DNA from: Camelus ferus
Lineage: Eukaryota
Assembly: GCF_009834535.1 (NCBI RefSeq)
Contig: NC_045715.1
Span: 18,662,001 to 18,726,000 of the forward strand
Reading direction: 5' to 3'
DNA: 64,000 nucleotides
Shown here: positions 52,111 to 64,000 of the stretch, piece by piece
Position numbering within the stretch: the first letter of the stretch is position 1
Layout of the letters: each line of letters opens with the position of its first letter
Notes under the pieces: model-generated
The model's input: the letters and a program-made list of their open reading frames with translations, nothing else
What the model was told of the DNA's origin: nothing
Database searches by the model: none
Translations under genes and position numbers: made by a program

Positions 52111-53862
52111 TTAGTTACATTAATATTTAAATGGTTTGTATTCATATTGTTATTTTATTTTTTCTTTTATATTTTGAGATATTTTAAGATACTTTAAGCA
52201 TACAGAAACTTATAAAGACTAGCAGAAAAAATACACATACTTCACCATCCAGAATTAATAGCTATTCCTTATGGTCATACTTCCTTCTAGCTATTTGTAA
52301 AGAAATAAGCCATTATAAATACAGAGAAAGTCACAGGTTTTGATCTAGTTTCTTCTCCAGAGACATCCACTATCATCAGTACCTTCTAAGTTCATTTGTA
52401 CATATATGTTTTTTCGTAACCATTGTATAATATGTATATATACTTTAAATTTCCATTTTACAAGAGGTGGAGGAAAGCCCTTAATGCTGTCTTGATTATA
52501 AGTGTTGGTCCTCAGTTATCCAATCAGTGGATTGTCTATACACCTAGATATTATCACATCCATTCGTCACCACCATAGAAGCTTGTTGCAGCCTCTAGAG
52601 TGATGACTTTGACAATCTTAGAATTTCCAATAAGTGTCAGAGTTTTAATGTACAAAATTTTAAAGGTGTTGTTGGGAACACATGCCACAACATGGTTTAG
52701 TTATGGCAAAGTATTCTCAGAGCAGTAGATTTGAACTTTATTTTGTGCCCCAATGTACCTGAGAGATATAATGCATTCCCTTTTAATAAGAGTCATAATT
52801 CTATTAATTCTTACTAACTGCTCAGGAAAACATGCAGAAGTGTTAGAATGAAACTTTGCCCTTAGTTAGCTTTACATTAGGCAATACACTCACCCTAAGA
52901 CATAAAACCACTGCCAAATAATTGAGAGTACAAAGTATCACAGAAGATATAAAATCACTTAGTTCTATGGGACCATAAGAAGCAGATAAATAAAATAATC
53001 AATGTAGGATTCCAGGAAGTGGAGTTCTTTTTGAAAATAAAATGTGAATAAGAGGCAAAGCAAAGGTATTGAAAGAACTTTGAATATTAGTCCCATTTGG
53101 ATTGAGTTCTAATAGTTGCTTTTTTCTATCTCTTTCATCTTTACAGGAAAGTATTCCCAACTTCAGAAAAGCCACCCAGGCGTATATTACACCTAGGTGA
53201 TGTGAAACATAATTTTATCATAGAGGTTTAGGATAGGGCTGGGTAGAGAGGGAGGGGATATATTAGGATCCTGCTCCAGTAAATAGAACAAATGGAATCA
53301 ACGGTGTAACTATAAACAATAATGAGATCATCATCTCCCTAGGATTTTGCTTGATCACTTGAACTCCCTTGAGTCTGGATATGACTCTAGGATTACCGAT
53401 ATTAATGAGAAAATATTTAGAATGAGATTTCACCTAATAGCAAGCCAGGTTCTCTGATCCAGAGACATAAGTCACTATTCCTATCCACTGTTTACATATG
53501 ATTAGAAGAATTCAGTGCTTCCCTATTTAGAAAAAAAAAAAAGGAAATGACTTTGAGTGTTCATTTCCTTGTAAAATATAATCGGCTTTGAAAGTAATAT
53601 TTTACTTCCTGTGAAACTGAAAACAATGATGCAAAATATTGGGGGAAAAAATCACAGCCAAAGAGCCTGAAAAATTCTCAAATACTCTGCTCTTCAGACC
53701 TAATAAAGACTAACACCTATTGAAATTCTGGGTCAAGCATCCAGCATTTCCAAACAAGTTCCCCTTCTACCATTTTACTAGTCATTCTATTTTGAGGGAA
53801 TATATCTACACGCTTCACAGATACTCACCTCTCTCCTAACAGGTAATATGTGGTCACAGGTG

Positions 53863-54803
53863 ATGGAAAGGACAACACAAGTTCTTTTGAAAGATTCATC
53901 CTTGTGGGCTTCTCTGATCGTCCCCACCTAGAGCTGATCCTCTTTGTGGTTGTCCTCACTTTTTATCTGCTGACTCTTCTTGGCAACATGACCATCATCT
54001 TGCTTTCAGTTCTCGATTCCCGGCTACACACACCAATGTATTTCTTTTTGGCCAACCTCTCATTCCTAGACATGTGTTTCACCACAGGTTCCATCCCTCA
54101 GATGCTCTACAACCTTGGTGGTCCAGATAAGACCATCAGCTATCTCCGTTGTGCCATTCAGCTCTACTTCGTCCTGGCTCTGGGAGGAGTGGAGTGTGTC
54201 CTCCTGGCTGTCATGGCATATGACCGTTATGCTGCAGTCTGCAAACCTCTGCACTACACTGTCATCATGCACCCACGTCTCTGTGGGCAGCTGGCTTCAG
54301 TGGCATGGTTGAGTGGCTTTGGCAATTCTCTCATAATGGCACCCCAGACGTTGATGCTACCTCGCTGCGGGCACAGGCGGGTGGACCACTTTCTCTGTGA
54401 GATGCCAGCACTAATTGTCATGGCCTGTGTAGATACCATGACCCTTGAGGCATTAGCATTTGCCTTGGCAATCTTTATCATCTTGGCACCACTCATCCTC
54501 ATCCTCATCTCTTATGGTTATATTGTACAAGCTGTACTTAGGATCAAGTCAGCTGCTGGAGGAAAGAAAGCCTTCAACACCTGTAGCTCCCACCTCATTA
54601 TTGTCTCTCTCTTCTATGGTACGATCATATACATGTACCTCCAGCCAGCAAACACTTATTCTCAGGACCAGGGCAAGTTCCTTACTCTTTTCTATACAAT
54701 TGTCACTCCCAGTGTTAACCCCCTGATTTATACACTGAGAAACAAAGATGTTAAAGAGGCCATGAAGAAGGTACTAGGGAAAGAGGGTGCAGAAGTACAG
54801 TAA
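53863..54803 (+). pseudogene. OR2W6: OR2W6 orthologue: 7TM frame intact from codon 3, initiator ATG out of frame (candidate pseudogene or sequence error)
   Basis: [49 protein letters not shown] 53863 reads ATG GAA AGG...TAG (stop at 53931); one extra A would give MEKDNTSS. The ORF track starts only at a GTG (53850). Confidence 0.65.
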
Positions 54804-57204
54804 AAAGTCATCAGATTTGGGGATTGTCTTTTGACCCAACTTCTATACATGTTGTTAGAGCTAGCAAATAAAGGAATGTTCTGACATTACAGACTAAAGA
54901 GGCACTTACTGAGATGGGGAATTCAATGGTTTAGCTAAGTTGAGAAAACGCAATATTCCTGAGTTGACAGTCACTTGTACTCCTCTCAAGTCTGTGTAAG
55001 TCAAGTATTCATCACTAGGAGGGCTCCAATCCAGGATCAAACAGTGATCTGTGCTTGCAAAATACTAGCCATGAATGTAGACACGAGGCATTTTGTACCT
55101 ATTCTAGCTTCCATCACAATGATTTGTACTTAACAGCTCCTCAACATATATGAAAAGAATGAACTTAACAAGTGGTGAAGAAAAATACTTATTTTATCTA
55201 GGAAGTTCAAATGAGCTTTTATAGTGCCAAATGGCTGAATGAGAGGCAGTATAAATTATTCAGTTTTCTAGCATTTTAGTATCTCCAATAGTATAACTTA
55301 CATGTGGCTCCTGCATATTTTGAATTATTTATATAATTCAGTTTAATGGTATTTATGTTTGACTTTCTGAGGCAACAGAGAATAAAGAAAAAAAGATATA
55401 AAGCAAGACCACGATGCATTTGCTTTATAGAGAAGGAAGAATTTATTGTTCATATTCAATATTTGTTCATACTTTATTAATGACCAAAGAAGACTAAGGG
55501 TCTTCTTGCTTAAAATATTTGAAGATTATTAATCTCTATTTTTTCCACATGTTATCAGGATAAACTTGGATAGAGGTAGAGAAGAATGAGATGAACTCTG
55601 GGGAACTGTTGGAATATTTATGATTGATTATTCTCTGGATGTTGAATTTTTCACATTTACACTAACGACTACAGTACCTCACTAGTTATAACAATTAAAT
55701 GATGTGTATTAAATGAATGAATCTTAAAGGCAGACATGTTTCTTCAGACCTGAAATATTATAAATTGGATGAATCCCATCTCATCACCTAGGAAAACATA
55801 TATTATGTTGGAATTTCTGCAAGTGAATAAGTATTCCAAATTTTGGGAGTATTGACTGTATTATCATTAGGAACTGGAGTTAACAATTTCTCATTTAAGC
55901 CCTTTCAAAATATTTAAGAAAGTTTAGGTTAATCCAGAGGCCCCAAAAGAAATACCAAATATCTAATAAATTTTTCTCAAAACATCATTCTCAGACATAA
56001 TGTGTACATTTTTCCTATTTTTGAGCACTAACTTTTGAGCTTTGTCCAGATAGATTAGGTTTGCATTTTAGATTAGTTAGGGCTTGTAAGAATGGGTTTG
56101 GGGTTTAGTTTTGATTATTCACATAAGAAGGTAGAAAAATTAGAATATATTGATTCTTCTTAATTTATAAACTAAGTAAAAGGTGATGCTGAGCTGTGAT
56201 TATGTTTACTGCAGCCCATGTACAGAATATGGAGACTTGCAGTTTAGCATTTTTCATCTCTCCCACTAAAAAATGACTTATAGTATGTGTCCTACTGGCA
56301 TAAAAATATACTATACATTTCTACATAAATGAAAAGTCCTTTTCAAATCAGTCCCTATTCAATAATGATTACAATATTTTTTAATCTTATCTCTATGCAA
56401 TTTAGATACATATTACATTAGAATCAATAATACCTTGGAGTAGGGGCAAGAGATTGAGACAGAGTATAAATCTCTGTGGATATACTGATTTTGGAAGCTC
56501 CCTATGGGATTCCCAAAAAGTTCCTTTCAAAACTTCCCTTTTCCCCCCACAAGGGGTAATTTTCATAGCACTCTTCTCTAAAAAATTTAGAACCACGAAT
56601 TAGAGGTTATAGGGCATAATATGTATCAGATCTCGAGGGGAAAAAAGGTGACTAAGTTCTTAATACCATTATGATGGCTCAGCATCACCATTTACTTAAT
56701 TTATAGTGTAGTCTGAAAAGTTTACCTAGTTTACTTACTTATGCTTAGAATAATCAAATATATTCTAACTGTTCTGCCATTTCCTGGGAATAACAGGATA
56801 TTCTCCATAATGAAAATAGCAGAAACATTTCATTTTCATCTTCTGTAGATTCTTCCCTTCACTAATCTGTGCTTCTTCCTTATGGACTGACCTTTTACAT
56901 AGAGCAGATGGAGGTTTGGGTAGAAATGAGCATCAGGATTCAACCCACTGTTCACAATTCTATTTCTCTTAGCTAAAGTGCTTAAATTTCTTCCAAGAGA
57001 AATAAATATCACATACATGCTTGTGTATGTGTGTGTGTGTTTATACTCACTGTGATTTTAAATTAAAAGCCGTAAGAAGATAGCTCAATAAATGCTTACT
57101 AATCAGATTATCAGATCATCTTCCATCTTGTTGTCTTGATAGGCGGTACAAAGACCCTGAGGATAAATTAACCTATTTTATATTTTGTCTATATTCACAT
57201 TTTG

Positions 57205-57720
57205 CTCTCCACATTCACTCATTCAGCAAATATATATTGTGTCAGGCATTGTTCTGGGAGTACTAGAACAAAATACACAAGAAAATGGCCATTGCATTGT
57301 GCCTACATTCCAGTGGATAAAAGAGAAAATAGACAAATTTTAAAAAGAAAACTTACGATAGTAACATTTATAAGAGTTGTGAAGATAAGTATAACAGGGA
57401 CACGTTCTAGGAAATATGGGAGGGCTCCAGTTTTAAATGGAGAAATTCGAGGAAGAGCTTGGAAAATATATTTGAGCAAAGACATGATGGAGATAAGCAA
57501 GCAAGGTAGAAATCTGGGGAAGAGGGCTCCCAGCAGAGGGAGTAGCAAGCACAATATTTAGGTCAGAAAAATGCGAAGGAACTGGAGAAGAGGATTAAGA
57601 AGTGTTCGGTGAGTAGGAGGAAGATCAAAAGCTTCAGTTTTCTTGGAAGAAGAGAGCAAAAAGCGTTTCCAGAAGGAATGAGTGATCAACTTTAAAATGC
57701 TGCTAATAGGTCAGCTGAAG
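57205..57720 (-). mobile_element. L2 fragment
   Basis: cattcactcattcagcaaatat...tgtcaggcattgttctggg. Confidence 0.55.
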
Positions 57721-58059
57721 TCTATTTCCTGACCTCTTTGAATCTGGTTAGTCTCCTGATTTGCTTTAGCCAATAAAAAGACCAGAGGCTTTGCAAGCGT
57801 CCAACTCTTTTTCACAAACCTCCAACTTAATTTTGAGAACATGCTCAGGGTAGAAAGCCAGTGAATGAGACCTATGGAATAGAGCCGGGTTGGACCAGTT
57901 TTATCAGCTGAGGCTCCAGCCAACATCAGCAAAATTATCATATCAAATTGCACTGTCCATAGACATGTGAATGAGGTTTGAGATCCAGCTGACCCAGGAA
58001 CTTAAAAGAACAGTTTCTTTTTGTATGTCTCAGGGATATTGTGATTATTTCTCACATAG

Positions 58060-58740
58060 TTACTCTCAAAATAGATAACTGATACAATTTTATAATTCAT
58101 GAAAATACATATAAAAATTCTAAATAGTCATTAGCAAGTTTAATATAGTGTTGCACAGAGAGCATGACATATTATAACCATGTGGAGTTTATCATAGGAA
58201 TAGAGTGGTGTAACATTTGAAAATCAGTGCTATTTATCAATTTTTTTTTAAATTGAAAGGAAAACCTATAGATTCAGTCAAAGCATTTGACAAACTTCAA
58301 TCCCCATTCATTGTTTCAAAACCTTAGCAAACTAAGAATAAAATGGGATTTCCTTAAGCTGATAAAGTATACCTACAAGAAACCTCCAGCAAGCATTAAA
58401 CACAATGGTGAAATACTGATTGAAACAAGGATGCTCATTATCACCATTTCTTTTCAGCATTGTACTGATGACCTTAGCTAGTGTAATAAACAAGAAAAAG
58501 AAACAAAATGCATACGGAATGGAAAGAAAGAAGTATATTTGTCATTTTTTTTGGAATAACATAATTGTGTATATTGAAAATGTCTGTGTAGAAACTATGA
58601 AAATAGTTAAGTGAGTTTATCAAGGTCACTGGAAAAATAATCGGTAAACAAAAATCAATCATATTTACACCAGCAACAAACAAATAGAAAATGAAATGTG
58701 AAGATTTGTGTAAGTCATAATAGTTCACAGGAATCCATCT
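58060..58740 (+). mobile_element. Old L1 ORF2 (RT region) fragment
   Basis: Degenerate translation KAFDK...GCSLSPFLFSIVL, typical of L1 RT. Confidence 0.75.
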
Positions 58741-61700
58741 AATTCAAGGATGCTCCAGATTTAATATAAGGCTTTACATGCTGAACCTAATGATATCCCA
58801 TGCCCGTCCATCTTACAAAGGAAATATAAACTAAGAAAGAGCTTTGGATATCCTGCTTTCATTTACACTTTAAACTGGTTTTTGCCATCTAGACATCATG
58901 TTCTCAGCCACCATTAATTTAAACACAAATATCCACACACATTCGTGGCAGTAGCCCAAGGTCTTCCATTGTTTTCTCTAATATGCTGTTCTTCAAATCC
59001 TATATCCCCTGGGCAAGGAGTTTTGAATTTATTATCTCCAAGTTTAAAATTGCCTCTGACCCCTAGGCCTTCAGATTTTTACTTAGTCTCTCTGGTATTT
59101 AATACTTGGTGCTCCCTAATGTCCTATTATAGGTCTGTCCCTCTCAGTGCTTAGTTCCTCCTTATATAGGAAGTTCTTCCTGAGATCTAGCCCTGAGGAA
59201 TTCAATCCACAAGGCTTGTCACTAAAAGAACTCTGTGGCCGTGCCTGTTCCGTTCTCTCAGAGAGAGAGATGTTAGATGGTCAGAAAATAATCCTGTAAA
59301 TTATAACATTCTGGGAGATCTTTCCTTACAAAGCAAGACAGAGATATGCCAATAAGCAGCCTTCTGGGAAATGAGGGTAAGAAGGGGAGGGTGGGAAAGT
59401 TGGCACTAGCCAAGGAGGAGAAATTAAATTTAAATGAACCAAAGTGTGTATTTCATACTGTATCTCTGATTTCCTAAAATATTCTGTGAATTTAGGAAAG
59501 TTTAACTTCTCTATGTCTCAGCTTCCACATCAACAAAATTAAGATAAAATGTAGCTATTTTATAGGGCATTGGTGAGGATAGTGAGCACCAATGAGATAT
59601 TATTACTATTATTATTAAACTCTGCAAATTCTTTCCTATTTCCAGGCCTTTGTTAACTGGGCATTATTTCTTAATTTTTCACTTTAAGGACTACTGAAAA
59701 TTTTGAGTTTACTTATCCTGGTCTATTCACCAAACTAAAGACTTTATTCATATTTTCTTATTTGTTTGGTCCTCTATTTTATTTTTAAACTACTGTTTTC
59801 TTTGTTTAAATAACCTGTTATAAGAACTTGTGAAAAAAAAAAAAAAGAAAACCTACATTACAAACATCATTTATCCCCTGACTAATCCCATCCTCATGCC
59901 CACTCAGAGGTAAGCACTGTTATTAGTTTGAGAAGTTTTTAAATAGTATACATGATTTTTGGTGGATTAAGTCTTAATTTTTTGTTTTCTTGTTTTACTT
60001 GATGCCTTTTCCTTCTTTCACAAATGCCTCTGTTCTCTTCGGATTGTCCACGTTAAGCATTTAATAAATATCCTTCCTTCTTTTTCTTCATTTTCATAAA
60101 ATCCTATATAGGCATACAATACATAAAATTATATTTAGAGCACTTTAGTCATTATTTTATATAGTTAAGGTCGTGCTATTTAATCTCTCTTGCATCTTCA
60201 TTTGCTTACTCAGCAATATCACAGGAAAATCACTAGAGTAGATTATTATTCAGGCAATTCCCCATTGAGGGAGTAAATTTTTTCTCCAACTTTCACAACT
60301 ATAAACATTGCTACAATAAAAATTCTTGCCTTATGTCTTCATATATTGATCATTTTTTTCCATAGGATAGGTTTCCATGCATGATATTGCTAGGTTGATG
60401 GATATATGTGTATTTTCAAGATTTACTGTCCTATTTATTTCTAAAACTCTAGTGACACTTTGAATTTCTACCCATAATTTGAGAGTAGCCTTTTCCCTTC
60501 AGTAACATCAGGAATAGGAGTTACTGCTGGCCACTTAAAGACTGGAACAAAGAACTAAACAAACTTTACCATCTTATAACTGAACAGCTTATGAAGAGAT
60601 TGTTGAATCTGTATGCTTCTAATTAGTCCTATTGGAATTAAAAGCTTCTTGGACAGACACACAAATCATCCTATCTCTAATGCTTAGAATAAAGGTATAT
60701 AGAACACTTTTCTGAAAATTATTCTATAAGACATAATGAAATTTGGGTGTTCTGAACACTCATGGACTGTTTATCATCGTATCACTTAGAAAAATTTGAC
60801 TCAGCTTCCGTTTCTTAATTCCATTTATTTGTCTACAATTCTACTTTGCATACATTTGTTATGTCTGTTGAAAATTAAAATTTTAAAGCAGAGCAGTCTT
60901 GCTTTCTAACCTTCAGTCTGCTATGTACTAGCTTGGGAAAACAACCTCTCCAAGCTTAATTCAAATTTCTGCCTGAATTAATCTCTCATGAAATGCAAAC
61001 AAACTAACAAAACTTCCCTCCCTGTTCTAAGCCAAATTACAATGTTGTGTGAAAAAATTACTATTATTTATTCTTATGCTCCAGCAGGAATATTGGAGTC
61101 CAGTGTAGTATTTAAAACTTTTTATACATTAACAGATTCATGGTAATTTCTTGAGGAAATTTAGAAATAAATAATTTTTATGTTTACTGAAAAACAGAAA
61201 ATTTCAATGTTACAGAAGATTAAATTGCTTTCCAAAGCCATCAAGTAACTTGCCCAGTTGTGCAGGTGACTTAGTGGCAAGATAGGAACTACAATTTTTA
61301 TCATTCTTTTGTATCTTAATGCTCTTTCCACAGTAAAAGCTAAAAAGAAGTTTCCAAGACTTTGCTGAAACTCCTCATTATGAATCCTTGAATCTTAGTC
61401 ATGGAGTGAGAAAACCTGGTAAGTAGCTGGAGGTGTAATGTCAACCAACATACAGGAAGGCAGGTGGTAATAATTTATATTTATCAAGGCAATATAAATT
61501 TAAATATCCTAGTTACATATTTGTCCTGCTTTCCAGAATTCTTATAATCAGTGGCAACTTTTTTTTTTTTGCCAATAAGGTGCCCAATGCTCCCATAATC
61601 CAGCCTTTAGGAAACCTCCATGTTGAGCCTTAATTCAGACTCAGTTTTAAGAATCTATTAAGAGAGAAAAACTACATTTATATAAGATTTGCTTTCTGAT

Positions 61701-62326
61701 GGTATTAAAGTCTAAAACAATGTTGATCCTTATAGTAAAATGCAGAGTATAAGACATTTAAAGTTATTATATAATACATAATAATTTTTGTTAAGAAGAG
61801 GTATTATAATACTTGTTTACTAAAAATTAGACTGAACAGGAGTAAAGTTAAATATTAAAGTATGATTTGTTCTCTCTTCATTCCCACTCCTCAGAGGTAA
61901 CAACCTTTAACACTTTTGCACACTTCCAGGTAATTTTTATACATGTGTGAATACTGACATGTATAATATTACATTGCCTTATGTAAACACATGGAAGCAT
62001 GCTAAATACACGTTCAGAAACGTGTTTTTTCCCTTGAAGATTTGAGTATTTTTGCACATTCATATTTATAATCTGAATTTATCTGTATCCTTGTTTTACT
62101 GACAGCTACACAGCAACAGGCGTAGCAGAAGCCTTCTTTACCACTCTGTACTGAGAGGTGTAGAATAAGGGAGCAAAATTAAAATACACTTTGAATAATA
62201 ATTCAAAAATTGCATTCCTCTCGTTAAATTCACATTTCTATACCAACAAAATAATAATAAAATAATACTGGGTGGCGCTAGTAAGGAAGACAATTTTGGG
62301 ATGAACTTTGGCAGCTTTGACTTATA

Positions 62327-62797
62327 CAGTTGGCCCTTCCTGTCTGTGTGTTCTGCATCCATAGATGGAAAGTATTTTTTTTTAAATTCCAGAAAGCTCC
62401 AAAAAGCAAATCAATTTTGCCCTGCAACTATTTACATGGCATTTGCATTGTATTTACAACTGCTTATATAGCATTTACATTGTATTAGGTCTTTTTTTTT
62501 TTTAACAGTTTTTATTGATTTATAATCATTCTACAATGTGTCAAATTCCAGTGTAGAGCACAATTTTTCAGTTATACATGAACATATATATATTCATTGT
62601 CACATTTTTTTCTCTGTGAGCTACCATAATGTAGTAGGTCTTATAGGTAATCTAGAGATGATTTAAAGCATATGAGAGAATATGTGTAGGTTGTACGTAA
62701 ATACTTTGCCATTTTATATAAGGGACTCAGCATCCTCAGAATTTGGCATCTACAGAGGTCCTGGAATCAGTCCCCTGTGGATATGGAAGAACAACTG
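62327..62797. mobile_element. MER2/Tigger-type DNA transposon with TA TSD, interrupted by an L1 3' end
   Basis: TA-CAGTTGGCCC...CAACTG-TA termini. Confidence 0.8.
62492..62628 (-). mobile_element. Camelid-type L1 3' end inserted into the MER2 element
   Basis: T tail then tttttattgatttataatcattctacaatgtgtcaaattccagtgtagagcac; imperfect TSD tgtattaggtc / tgtagtaggtc. Confidence 0.8.
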
Positions 62798-63906
62798 TAT
62801 TAATACCTCCAGCCAAACTAAGGACTCTGAATAGCCTCTGCTTTAAGCATCTCAGAGTTCTTGCATCACTATGATACTTTCATTCACATTGCTGTGTGGC
62901 ACTATGCCAGGCAATTACATTAAAGATCACATTTATAATTTACATCAGGTAGTCACTACTACCTCTATTGTTGAGGTTGGTGGTTTTGGAGTTGTGGTGG
63001 AAATGGGAAGGTAAGTCTTCAACTCAAAGAGCCATTTTCCATTGTTGACCCTAGGACAATTAAGAATTCTAAGAATTATAAGCAATTTTCCTCTCTGAAC
63101 ATCTCAGAGACCTTGGTTCACTATAGTTCCTTTCATTTACATTAATGTCACCACACCAGAAAGGCAATATTATATTCACTTTATAGATGGGGAACCTGGA
63201 GTTCCTAGAATATAAGAAATAGTGCCAGTACTCTTGATTTACATAGTAGAAACTTGAACCCAGGCTTGTCTGGTTCCAAATTCCACGTTATTAGTATCTT
63301 TTTTTCCCCTCAGTGTCAGAATACTTTTTATTCATTTACATGCTCATTTTAAAAATCATTTTTGTTTCATATTAGTATCTTTTTATTTTCATTCTATGAG
63401 GTCCTAAAAGGCAAAAGACATGTTCGTTTGAAATCTGTCTGACAGCTTGCTCGAACCTATCTACAAACATAGTTTTGGGAGTGGTCTAAATACTTTTAAT
63501 TGTTTCAGATGCTAGAGTAATCTCCTTGGCACTGAGGAGAAATTAGAATGAAAAAGTAATGTACCAGGAATTGTAACCAAACTTCCTAATAATAGCTATC
63601 TAGGTGGAAAGTACTGCAAACAAAGATTAGCCAGATGACAAAAGAAAAAAAATCAAAGAACCAATTTTATTAAAGCTGTTTAAACCAGGTATTTATCTTA
63701 AATTTTTGGTTTTCATTTTTGAAGTGCTGATACAGATATAGAAAGACTGAATTTTAGAAATACTTAGATAACTAAGTATTTTTCTTGTTACAACAATATC
63801 AGTTCTGTAAATGTCTTCAAACAGAAAGGAAAGTGATTATAAATAATTGAAATAGTCAATAAATATGTTCATTGACTTCCTGAATTTTTGTTTCAGGAAA
63901 CCAAGA

Positions 63907-64000
63907 ATGGAAACACTGGTCACGAATCACATAAATGACAGTATCCCACTGGAGTTTATCCTCTTAGGCTTCTCAGATCAACCATGGCTGGAGTTTCTAC
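63907..64000 (+). CDS. OR2B6: Olfactory receptor family 2B, 5' end only (runs off the window)
   Basis: [31 protein letters not shown]...; splice acceptor tttcag ending at 63896; syntenic with human OR2B6 as recalled. Confidence 0.75.
   Translation, partial: METLVTNHINDSIPLEFILLGFSDQPWLEFL

Noticed and set aside
53850-53862. ORF-track start MVTGDG for the OR2W6-like gene
   Set aside because: It begins at GTG, and the extension does not resemble an OR N-terminus. The Kozak ATG at 53863 is the likely ancestral start, shifted by a 1-nt loss.
59158-59170. CArG (SRF) box
   Set aside because: CC-TTATATA-GG has 7 A/T bases, not the required 6.

Overview
Mammalian genomic DNA, most likely a camelid, judged from its tRNA-derived SINE and L1 3' UTR style. 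It covers the distal end of the replication-dependent histone cluster and the start of the MHC-linked olfactory receptor cluster. Gene order: H2B(-)/H2A(+) divergent pair, H1.5(-), H3(-), H4(-), H3(-), H2A(-)/H2B(+) divergent pair, tRNA-iMet(-), tRNA-Gly-GCC(-), OR2B2(-), OR2W6-like(+), and the 5' end of OR2B6-like(+). As recalled, this is the order of human 6p22.1. Six N-runs hide most of the H2A, H2B and H3 coding sequence, so those ORFs cannot be verified internally. Main observations: (1) the two H2A/H2B pairs form a ~1.1 kb inverted repeat whose promoter and gene-start blocks match at 326/328 nt, consistent with gene conversion; (2) all three OR genes have N-terminal oddities: a 1-nt frameshift just after the ATG, an ATG>ACG loss offset by an upstream in-frame ATG, and a GN>DN change in TM1; (3) ERV1-type solo LTRs are frequent, including a nested stack just upstream of the tRNA genes. 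No wholly new biological system is supported. Repeat family names and human orthology are from memory and need database confirmation.
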